Shown: piece after piece, positions 56,318 through 64,000 of the stretch
How the letters are laid out: every line of letters begins with the position of its first letter
Numbering within the stretch: the first letter of the stretch is position 1
Notes under the pieces: generated by a model
Seen by the model: only the letters and a program-made list of their open reading frames with translations
Databases searched by the model: none
What the model was told of the DNA's origin: nothing
Made by a program: the position numbers and the translations under genes
IMG/VR virus record: IMGVR_UViG_3300018481_000001
Span: 99,991 to 163,990 of that record
Source: a virus
DNA length: 64,000 nucleotides
Direction: 5' to 3' (one strand)

Positions 56318-58037
56318 GAGTCTAAATCCAGGTTCGGAATTTCCGGGGTCAAGAAATTTGGGGGGATATGCCAACCCCATGCACGACTATATCAGTAGTT
56401 TTGCACCTCGGCAGCTCAAGCAGCTTTTCCGCTGGGTCGAGTATCTCTACTACAACTCGGCGCATATTTTCGCAGCTCTGAAGAAGTTCGCAGAATACCC
56501 CGTCACAAGTGTGACGATTGAATCGAGCGATGAGTCCCTCAAGAAGAATTGGGACCGCGTTCTTCATAAAAGCTTGAAGATTAAACATGTGTCGCTGGCA
56601 TGCGGGCTTGATCTGCAGCTTTACGGCAATTCGTTTACGTCCATGTATCATCCATTTAATCGCTTTTTGATTTGTGCGCACTGCAATGCACGCACAGGAA
56701 TTAAAAAAGTAAAATATAAATTCAATTTAAAAGAGTTAGAATTCAAATACCTGTGCCCTGCGTGTAAAAAAGATACGACAGGCACAGTCCGTGACGAAAA
56801 AGCTGCTGACGAAAAACGGATGAACGTAATTCGTTGGGACCCCAAACAGATCGACATTAACCACAATACGATTACGAACGAGTCCAAGTATTACTACACC
56901 ATCCCACAAGAGGATAAACAGAAGGTTGAAAAGGGCGACGCCCATCTGCTTAATACCATGCCCTTCGAGTTCATCCGGGCCATTAAAGAGGACAAGGTCT
57001 TCGAGTTCGCTGACGGTGCCATTTACCACATGAAGATCCCGGCACCTGCCGGTATTTCTTCTCAATGGGGCTTTCCACCGCTTACAACCACCATCAAGCT
57101 CTTCTTTTACACGGCAATCCTACGTAAGGCCAACGAAGCCGTTGCGTTCGAGCACATTCTACCTTTCCGTGTGCTCCACCCTGCCCCCATTAGCGGCGCA
57201 GCAGACCCCGCTACGACCATCAACCTCCAGCGCTTTCGCATGGAGCTTGAAGTCAATATTAAAAAATGGCGGCATGACCCCAACCACATTATGTTTTCGC
57301 CCGCAGCGCTGGGCGTCACCACGATGGGTGGCCAAGGGCGAAGTCTACTGACGCTTGGCGAAATTAAAGAAGCTGAAGAAGAAATCATTGCAGCCATGGG
57401 CGTGCCGCGTGAGTTTCTCTATGGCGGACTTTCATTTACAGGCAGCTCGATCACCCTGCGTATGCTCGAAAATCAGCTCGAGACGTATACCGGACAGCTC
57501 AACGAACAATTGAATTGGATTATCACACAAGCTGCCAAAGTACTCGGTTGGACGCCAGCGGAAGCCAAGTATACGCCCTTCAAGCTCATTGATGACACCA
57601 TGCAAAAGCAGACGTTGCTCGGTCTTGCGCAAGCCACACAGCAAATCTCGAACACGACGCTTTACGACATGAATGACATCAACATTAATGACGAGCGTAA
57701 AAAGCGCATGCAGGAAGCGCTTGACGAAACACGCTTCCAAATGGACCTGCAGCGTGAGACGCAGAAAATCCAAACTTCTTTGGCACAACAAGCGCAATCT
57801 GAAGCCGGTGGAAATGCGGGGCTCAACTACAACCCGCAGCAAGTTTTGGCGCAAGCGGAGAGCGTTGTCGACCAGCTGTCGCAAATGGACCCTGGTTCGC
57901 AGAAGTCCATGCTTTCGCAGCTATCACAAGAAGACCCGGTTATGTATGCCGTCGTGAAAGACCGCTGGCAAACACGCCAATCGCAGCAAAAACAACAGGC
58001 CGTCGCTGCCATGACGACGGGACAAGCGGCACAGTAA
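56316..58037 (+). CDS. Portal protein
   Basis: 573 aa; YANP...LFRW...KFAEYPVT N-terminus, zinc-ribbon insert, EEEIIAAMGVPREFL clip-like motif, Gln-rich crown; head-module context. Confidence 0.72.
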   Translation: MSLNPGSEFPGSRNLGGYANPMHDYISSFAPRQLKQLFRWVEYLYYNSAHIFAALKKFAEYPVTSVTIESSDESLKKNWDRVLHKSLKIKHVSLACGLDLQLYGNSFTSMYHPFNRFLICAHCNARTGIKKVKYKFNLKELEFKYLCPACKKDTTGTVRDEKAADEKRMNVIRWDPKQIDINHNTITNESKYYYTIPQEDKQKVEKGDAHLLNTMPFEFIRAIKEDKVFEFADGAIYHMKIPAPAGISSQWGFPPLTTTIKLFFYTAILRKANEAVAFEHILPFRVLHPAPISGAADPATTINLQRFRMELEVNIKKWRHDPNHIMFSPAALGVTTMGGQGRSLLTLGEIKEAEEEIIAAMGVPREFLYGGLSFTGSSITLRMLENQLETYTGQLNEQLNWIITQAAKVLGWTPAEAKYTPFKLIDDTMQKQTLLGLAQATQQISNTTLYDMNDININDERKKRMQEALDETRFQMDLQRETQKIQTSLAQQAQSEAGGNAGLNYNPQQVLAQAESVVDQLSQMDPGSQKSMLSQLSQEDPVMYAVVKDRWQTRQSQQKQQAVAAMTTGQAAQ

Positions 58038-58297
58038 TGCCTGACCGTTTGCCCCTCTCGGTGGAAGAGGCCGCTGCCATCGCAGCTTTCAGAGCCTGCC
58101 CTTTTCCACCTAGAAAAATAATGATTGGCCAACTGCCCGAGGAACGTCGGCTGTATGTGCTGATCGACTACGCCAATTGTTACGAAGAACGTTGGACACG
58201 GAGCCTGCCGGCAATTACTACAGCGGTGCGCGACACTGTGCCGTTGACCCATGAATTAGTTGTAAAAAAATATATTAAGGACGACCATGTCGACTGA
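58037..58297 (+). CDS. Hypothetical protein
   Basis: 86 aa; TAATG-coupled to the portal. Confidence 0.55.
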   Translation: MPDRLPLSVEEAAAIAAFRACPFPPRKIMIGQLPEERRLYVLIDYANCYEERWTRSLPAITTAVRDTVPLTHELVVKKYIKDDHVD

Positions 58298-58895
58298 TTT
58301 TTTAAAATCTATTGAGAATGCACATCGAGCACCAGATACATCACGTGACGATGACAGCACGATTCCCAATATATTCTCACATCAACGCACAAAGCAATTA
58401 GCCAGCAAGGTTATCGAGGGTGTTGATGGTCAGATTCCTGGCGTTACGCAATACGATTTTACGTTCCACTGTGCGCGTCTAATCATGGGTAAAACCCAGA
58501 TCGATTTTCAGAATGGTCAGGCTATTTATGAAGATAAAGACGACGGCGAACGCTTGAAAGAAATCATGGACCAGTCGCTCGCTGGCAAATCTGTCATTAA
58601 TAAAAAAGAAACTACTTTTTTAAAAGATGGCACAGTAGTGCTCTGGATTGAATGGCTCGAAAGAAAAGAGCCCGAGCAAGAAGACAACCCGTTCCTCACT
58701 GAGGAACAGTTGCGCTCGCCCGAGCGGATCACAGGAATTGACCCGGATGAGAGTGTAGAACTCGGGGCCGCCGAAACCGACGAAGACGACGAAGGCGACG
58801 GCCTACCTGATTTTAGTTCTGCAATTAAGCAGGAGGAGTTGGCGGACCCGGAGGAGCCCCAGAAGCTTCAGGATCCTGAGGAGCCGGACTTCTAG
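58287..58895 (+). CDS. Hypothetical protein with acidic tail
   Basis: 202 aa; AAGGA SD. Confidence 0.7.
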   Translation: MSTDFLKSIENAHRAPDTSRDDDSTIPNIFSHQRTKQLASKVIEGVDGQIPGVTQYDFTFHCARLIMGKTQIDFQNGQAIYEDKDDGERLKEIMDQSLAGKSVINKKETTFLKDGTVVLWIEWLERKEPEQEDNPFLTEEQLRSPERITGIDPDESVELGAAETDEDDEGDGLPDFSSAIKQEELADPEEPQKLQDPEEPDF

Positions 58896-59265
58896 TGTCG
58901 TGGTTTCGGAAATCGAGGTCGGGTCGTCTGCCTGTTTGTTTTGCAAACGCTTCGATGGCCACGTCGTACTCCTGACGCCAACGAGGGTCATACGTCGCAA
59001 AACGTGTTTTCTCGCCCCCGTCAGTTTTCTCCATTGTAGGTGGGACAGGCAGCTCATGGCCCCAGCCGGCGTACACCGTCAGGTTGGGCTCGTAGTCCTG
59101 CGCAAAGGCCATGCGTTTACGTTTGCCGCGCTCGACAAAACTGACGTACACCGAACTCGGATATTGCGCCGATTTACGAAACGTAATCTCAACATCGCGC
59201 GCTTCGAGCTTGGTGGTGCCGAACGCACCAACGCGGAACAAAGTTGCTCGTTCGAATTTTGTCAT
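58825..59265 (-). CDS. Hypothetical protein
   Basis: 146 aa; ATGA-coupled to upstream; 3' end overlaps the convergent gene. Confidence 0.55.
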   Translation of the reverse strand: MTKFERATLFRVGAFGTTKLEARDVEITFRKSAQYPSSVYVSFVERGKRKRMAFAQDYEPNLTVYAGWGHELPVPPTMEKTDGGEKTRFATYDPRWRQEYDVAIEAFAKQTGRRPDLDFRNHDTRSPAPQDPEASGAPPGPPTPPA

Positions 59266-59465
59266 GAGAACCTAATCAATCCCATCAAGAGAATCTCTTC
59301 GGCACCGTACACTTTGTTGGCGCCGCACCCTTCACATTCGTATCCTCGCGCATCGGGTTCGACGCTGCCACCCGTCCACTCCTGGCATGCAGTGCAAAAC
59401 CCATCGCTGTCGTTACAATGTTGGCGAAACTCTTCTTCGCTCATTTTCTGAATATTATCGGCCAT
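59262..59465 (-). CDS. Small zinc-ribbon protein
   Basis: CTAC...VEPDARGYECEGCG. Confidence 0.65.
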   Translation of the reverse strand: MADNIQKMSEEEFRQHCNDSDGFCTACQEWTGGSVEPDARGYECEGCGANKVYGAEEILLMGLIRFS

Positions 59466-59565
59466 GATGTCTCTCGGTATTGCGGTAAAAGTATCTAGAA
59501 TAACGGTATCGGATCTGTGTGCATGACCATCTACTTTTACCACCTCCTACGGAGTATTTAGAACT

Positions 59566-60477
59566 ATGTCACTCACAGACATATTTGAATCGTTAGATCG
59601 CAATGTGCTCCTCCGCTGGGCAGGCGGCATGCAGACATCCCTGAATAAGTTTTATCAAACGATTCAAAATGCACCCGACGAAATCATGCAACGCTCGCTC
59701 ATCGTTCTGTGGAACTGGGCCCGGCATGGTTATCAAAGCGTTGAAATGCCCCAGACGTATATGGCCGCACTCATGGCTACGGACGTAAGTCCTGAAATCA
59801 TGAAAGACCAACAGCTGCCATGGCCTGCCATGGAAATTCAAATTCCGCCTGGTTTGATTACATCCAGCCACGGCGAAGTCTTTAGTCTGATGATTAGTGA
59901 CATTCCAAAACAAGTAACGCTAGCAGGTCAAATCGCACGCGCGAAATATTTAATTACGTATACTGATTCTATCTCTACGGCGGGCCAAACCTACGAAAGT
60001 CTCGAAGAGCTAGCAAACCGACATACTCTTTTGGCCCCACACTGCATGGTTACTGATGAACTGTCCGCTCTCTACAATAAAGATTTAGAAGACCGTATTT
60101 GGACCATGCTGCTACGGCTGCTCGCAAATACAATTTTACTTATCAACACCGCACGTATTGACAAACCTACAGTTTTTCCAAAACTTGCGGCGCGCGCTCC
60201 GAAGCATGGAAAACCCCGTATTAATACGCACCGTATGGGTACGACGCTTTCCATGGATTGTCGTCCGTCGATTCGAAATTTTATTAGCGGCAATACTCGA
60301 AATGAACCGTCCATCACGACTTTGGTTCGTGGGCATTGGCGTAACCAGGCGCATGGGCCGAAGTGGTCCTTGCACCGTGCGATGTGGGTCCACCCTTTCT
60401 ACAAAGGCACAGGCCCTCTCGCACCCCACGTGACCAAAATAAAGCCGCCCACAGACAACCCTGCTTCCGCTAAGTGA
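59566..60477 (+). CDS. Hypothetical phage protein with C-terminal RGHWR motif
   Basis: 303 aa; LVRGHWRNQAHGP...WVHPFYKG. Confidence 0.7.
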   Translation: MSLTDIFESLDRNVLLRWAGGMQTSLNKFYQTIQNAPDEIMQRSLIVLWNWARHGYQSVEMPQTYMAALMATDVSPEIMKDQQLPWPAMEIQIPPGLITSSHGEVFSLMISDIPKQVTLAGQIARAKYLITYTDSISTAGQTYESLEELANRHTLLAPHCMVTDELSALYNKDLEDRIWTMLLRLLANTILLINTARIDKPTVFPKLAARAPKHGKPRINTHRMGTTLSMDCRPSIRNFISGNTRNEPSITTLVRGHWRNQAHGPKWSLHRAMWVHPFYKGTGPLAPHVTKIKPPTDNPASAK

Positions 60478-60486
60478 TGTGCGGTC

Positions 60487-60492
60487 TATACT
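60487..60492 (+). promoter_or_regulatory. Putative -10 hexamer TATACT, 6 nt before the RNAP ATG
   Basis: Identical hexamer and spacing to 2626; no SD. Confidence 0.5.
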
Positions 60493-60498
60493 CCACGC

Positions 60499-63400
60499 AT
60501 GTCCGACCCCGTCACGCCTGTACTCCAATACCTCGACGACAGCCGTGGGCAGATCTACAAAAAGACTTTGGAAGGTCTCCAGGGTCTTTTTCCTATTTTA
60601 GGTAAAAACACCACCCTCGAGCTCAAAGACCTCAAGGTCAAACAAAAAGAATATTCGTCCAATGACGAAAAGGCTGCCTTGCTCAGCGGCCGAACGTTGC
60701 ATGAGCCTGTTCAAGGCATGCTCACGCTGCGCGACAACAAAACAGGAAAGGTGCTCGACACCCAGCAACACACGCTGCTGCATCTACCCTACTACACGCC
60801 GCGTCGTAGCTTTATTGTGGGCGGGAACGAGTACAACATTCCCGCGCAGCTTCGACTCAAGCCCGGCGTATATACGCGCGAACGCAACAACGGTGAGTTT
60901 GAAGCGGCATTCAATCTAAGCAAGGGCCGCAATTTTCAAATTTCCATGGAGCCCGAATCCGGAAAGCTCCACATGGAATTTGAGAATTCCAAAATACCTC
61001 TATATACGGTCCTGCGTTCTTTGGGCGTACAGGACGTCGAAATTAAAAAGTTCTGGGGCGCCGGACTTCAAGAGCTCAATGCCAAAGCTTCTCGCGAAAA
61101 AGAAGAAGCAGTATTGGCCAAGCTGATTGGCAAAATCAAGCGCACCAGCGAATCGATTCCCAACTCGCTCGAGGGGAAACGTAAATACGTACATGATTAT
61201 TTTGCAGCTACACGTATGAGCGGCAAAGTTACGCAGCGTACCCTTGGCACGCATTACGATTCGGTCAGTCCTGAATCCTTGTTGGTCGCAGCCAAGAAAC
61301 TCATCGACGTGCAAAAAGGCCATGCGCACGGAGACGACCGCGACAGTCTAGAATTTAAGACGGTGCATTCCGTTGATGATTTTTTTAAAGAGCGCCTCGA
61401 AAAAGACGCAAAGCGCACCATTGTTCGAAAGCTCGGTTTGCGTATGAATTACGCAGATAATCCTGTCATAAAAGAAATCGTGCCGAGTTCTTGCTTTACG
61501 AAGAGCATCAACGGTTTTGTGGTGCAGTCTGCGTTATCCAATCCACCGACTCAAATTAATCCGGTTGAGATTGTAGACCAGACGATGAAAATCACGTCGC
61601 TCGGAGAAGGCGGCATCAGTAGTACACGCGCCGTTACCAACGAGTCTCGCAAGGTTCACAACACACACCTTGGGATCATCGACCCCGTGCGCACGCCTGA
61701 CGGGGCCAAGGCGGGCATCGACGTGCGTCTGACTATGGCAGCCCATCGTGATGCTGCGGGTAACCTCTACGCCTATGCACGGGACGCCCGCACCGGCAAA
61801 ATGACCCATGTCGAAGCAACGCAGCTGGCCAAGAGTCACATCGCGTTCCCAGGTCAAGATGGACGCTCCCACTGGGATGTAATTCATGGAACCGAAGTCA
61901 TCTCGGTTCCCAAAGCCAAGGTTGATTACATCATCCCCAACCCGGCGTTCATGTTTACGCCGACAACAGCGCTAGTTCCTTTTATTAATGGAATGCAGGG
62001 AAATCGCGCCATCATGGGTGCGAAATTTCAAACGCAAGCGCTGCCGTTGGTTGAGCGCGAAGCGCCTTATATCCAAGCCGGTGCACCTCGAGCTGGCCAA
62101 AGCATGGAAAAAGAAATCGCACGATTAGTGCTTCCTACAGCGCCTGTCGATGGGACTGTTGAAAAAATTGACGACGATTATATTTACATTCGCCCGCATG
62201 CCAAAACAGCCGCAGCCAAAAGCGATCTTATTAAATTGCGCTACGACACCTATTTTCCTTTGGCATCCAAGACCTATTTGCACAATGACGTGCATGTCAA
62301 GGTAGGTGACAGTGTCAAAAAAGATCAAACCCTTGCCGAAAGCAATGCAACCCAAGGGGGTGTACTGGCACTCGGTAAAAATATGTCCATCGCCTACATG
62401 GCGTATTACGGGAAGAATTCCAATGATGCCGTGGTCATCAGCGAAGGCGCTGCCAAAAAACTAACCTCTGAGCACATGTACAAAGAAACATTGCTCAAAG
62501 ACGCAGAAACAGTGTTGGGTAAACATAAATATGGAATTTATTACGGCATGCGTTTTACGGCGATGCAGCTGGCCAAGTTAGACGAAAACGGCATTGCCAA
62601 AAAAGGCGCCAAACTTGATTTCGGAGACCCTGTTATTTTAGGTCTTAGAAAATCAGCACCCACGCCCGAAATGCAACTCTTGGGCAATTTCAACAAATCT
62701 CTAGTCAAACCTTACCGAGACGTTGCCGTAACGTGGGATCGGCCCAGCATTGGTTTTGTGCAAGACGTCACCAACGCTGCTCGACAAGTTATGGTCACAA
62801 TTCGTACGCAAGAACCTATGCGTATTGGCGACAAACTTGCCAATCGGTTTGGCGGCAAGGGCGTGGTGTCCGAAATTATTCCCGATGACCGCATGATTCA
62901 AGACGAGCGTAAAAAGCCCGTCGATATTTTGTTTACATCAGCGGGTGTCGTAAGTCGCATCAACCCAGCACAAATTGTCGAAGCAGCCCTTGGAAAAGTC
63001 GTAGAAAAAACAGGCAAGCCTATTATCATCCCGCAATTTCAAGCAGGGGATAACGTACAGTTTGCAAAAAACCTATTAAAAGAACACGGCCTCAAAGACA
63101 AAGAAACCGTACACGATCCAGTTTCTGGTCGTGATATTCACAACATCTTTGTGGGTCGATCTTATATTCACAAATTATTTAAGTCGACAGATACAAATTA
63201 TTCAGCACGCGGCGTAACCAACTACGACGCCAACATGCAACCTGTCCGTGGTGGTGACGAAGGTGCCAAGGGCCTAGGCAAAATGGAAATGAATGCCCTC
63301 TTGGCACACAACGCACGCAACGTGCTCAAAGAAGGTCTAACAATCAAGGGTGAACGTAGCGATGCCTTCTGGCGTGCCTTTGAATATGGGCTTCCCACAC

Positions 63401-64000
63401 CCCATGCTAAAAATCCATTTGTTTCTGATAAATTCGTTGCCATGTTGCAGGGCGCCGGAATTAACGTAAATAAAAATGGTTCCATGGTGTCACTCGCACC
63501 AATGACAGATCATGACATAACGCGCATGTCGTCAGGTGCCATTGGTACGCCGAGCCTTGAAAAATCAAAGAGCTTTATGCTCAACGCAAAAAATATGCAG
63601 CCTGAATCAGGCGGGTTATTTGACGCGAATCTTACAGGAGGTCTAAGCGGCACACGCTGGGCGCACATGGAATTGCCCGAGCCGGTGGTAAATCCTGTTT
63701 TCGAAGATCCCGTTCGTCGATTGCTTGGCTTTACCAAAAAAGAATTGCGCGAAGAGACTGGTAGAGTAGGTGGGCAAGCAATTCGCGAAAAACTCAATGC
63801 GCTCAAGCTAGATACTTTAGAAAAAGAACTGTATCAAAAAACAAAAACTGCGCGCGGTGTCGAGCTTGACAATGTTGTCAAACAGCTCAAAGCACTGCGT
63901 GCATTAAAGTCCGGCGGGTTCAGTAAAGCTGGAGATGCTTATACCCTTAGCCGCCTTCCTATCGTACCGCCCATTATGCGCCCTATCCTACCCTCACAGC
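60499..64000 (+). CDS. rpoBC: Multisubunit RNA polymerase beta-beta' fusion, partial (runs off right edge)
   Basis: Open frame from ATG 60499 to the window end. Beta motifs: DPVRTPDG, NRAIMGA, GDKLANRFGGKGVV (62827), GLGKMEMNAL. No stop before beta'-like PESGGLFD, WAHMELPEPV, LPIVPPIMRP. Confidence 0.9.
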   Translation, partial: MSDPVTPVLQYLDDSRGQIYKKTLEGLQGLFPILGKNTTLELKDLKVKQKEYSSNDEKAALLSGRTLHEPVQGMLTLRDNKTGKVLDTQQHTLLHLPYYTPRRSFIVGGNEYNIPAQLRLKPGVYTRERNNGEFEAAFNLSKGRNFQISMEPESGKLHMEFENSKIPLYTVLRSLGVQDVEIKKFWGAGLQELNAKASREKEEAVLAKLIGKIKRTSESIPNSLEGKRKYVHDYFAATRMSGKVTQRTLGTHYDSVSPESLLVAAKKLIDVQKGHAHGDDRDSLEFKTVHSVDDFFKERLEKDAKRTIVRKLGLRMNYADNPVIKEIVPSSCFTKSINGFVVQSALSNPPTQINPVEIVDQTMKITSLGEGGISSTRAVTNESRKVHNTHLGIIDPVRTPDGAKAGIDVRLTMAAHRDAAGNLYAYARDARTGKMTHVEATQLAKSHIAFPGQDGRSHWDVIHGTEVISVPKAKVDYIIPNPAFMFTPTTALVPFINGMQGNRAIMGAKFQTQALPLVEREAPYIQAGAPRAGQSMEKEIARLVLPTAPVDGTVEKIDDDYIYIRPHAKTAAAKSDLIKLRYDTYFPLASKTYLHNDVHVKVGDSVKKDQTLAESNATQGGVLALGKNMSIAYMAYYGKNSNDAVVISEGAAKKLTSEHMYKETLLKDAETVLGKHKYGIYYGMRFTAMQLAKLDENGIAKKGAKLDFGDPVILGLRKSAPTPEMQLLGNFNKSLVKPYRDVAVTWDRPSIGFVQDVTNAARQVMVTIRTQEPMRIGDKLANRFGGKGVVSEIIPDDRMIQDERKKPVDILFTSAGVVSRINPAQIVEAALGKVVEKTGKPIIIPQFQAGDNVQFAKNLLKEHGLKDKETVHDPVSGRDIHNIFVGRSYIHKLFKSTDTNYSARGVTNYDANMQPVRGGDEGAKGLGKMEMNALLAHNARNVLKEGLTIKGERSDAFWRAFEYGLPTPHAKNPFVSDKFVAMLQGAGINVNKNGSMVSLAPMTDHDITRMSSGAIGTPSLEKSKSFMLNAKNMQPESGGLFDANLTGGLSGTRWAHMELPEPVVNPVFEDPVRRLLGFTKKELREETGRVGGQAIREKLNALKLDTLEKELYQKTKTARGVELDNVVKQLKALRALKSGGFSKAGDAYTLSRLPIVPPIMRPILPSQ

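Noticed and set aside
1358-63806. Numerous 60-200 aa antisense or alternate-frame ORFs in the track (e.g. 1358..1876, 3926..4420, 42755..43369, 45260..45790)
   Set aside because: They lie wholly within well-supported genes and lack motifs or ribosome-binding sites; treated as shadow ORFs.
1-64000. tRNA/rRNA genes and alternative genetic code
   Set aside because: No cloverleaf or T-loop signature seen in the few gaps. Long conserved proteins translate intact in the standard code using all three stops.

Overview
The window is a 64 kb segment of a large (probably jumbo) tailed phage genome, about 50% GC and almost fully coding. It contains: (1) a contractile-tail/baseplate module (tail assembly chaperone with a -1 frameshift site, tape measure, hub, gp25-like wedge, baseplate J-like and large wedge proteins, beta-helix tail fibre; 2.6-26.6 kb); (2) packaging genes (terminase large subunit, portal); (3) a replication/recombination set (family A DNA polymerase with a UDG-like N-terminus, primase-helicase, DinG and SNF2 helicases, RuvC, two PD-(D/E)XK nucleases, ParB-like protein); (4) its own transcription apparatus (two sigma-70-like factors and an RNA polymerase beta-beta' fusion that runs off the right end and is absent from the ORF track). 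The most unusual accessory locus is a retron-clade reverse transcriptase with altered X/Y motifs. It overlaps two Cys-rich unknown genes, has no adjacent non-coding gap for an msr-msd RNA, and its operon ends next to an AbrB-Doc toxin-antitoxin pair. I found no tRNA, rRNA, CRISPR array or repeat array by eye. All family calls come from motif recognition, not database searches.
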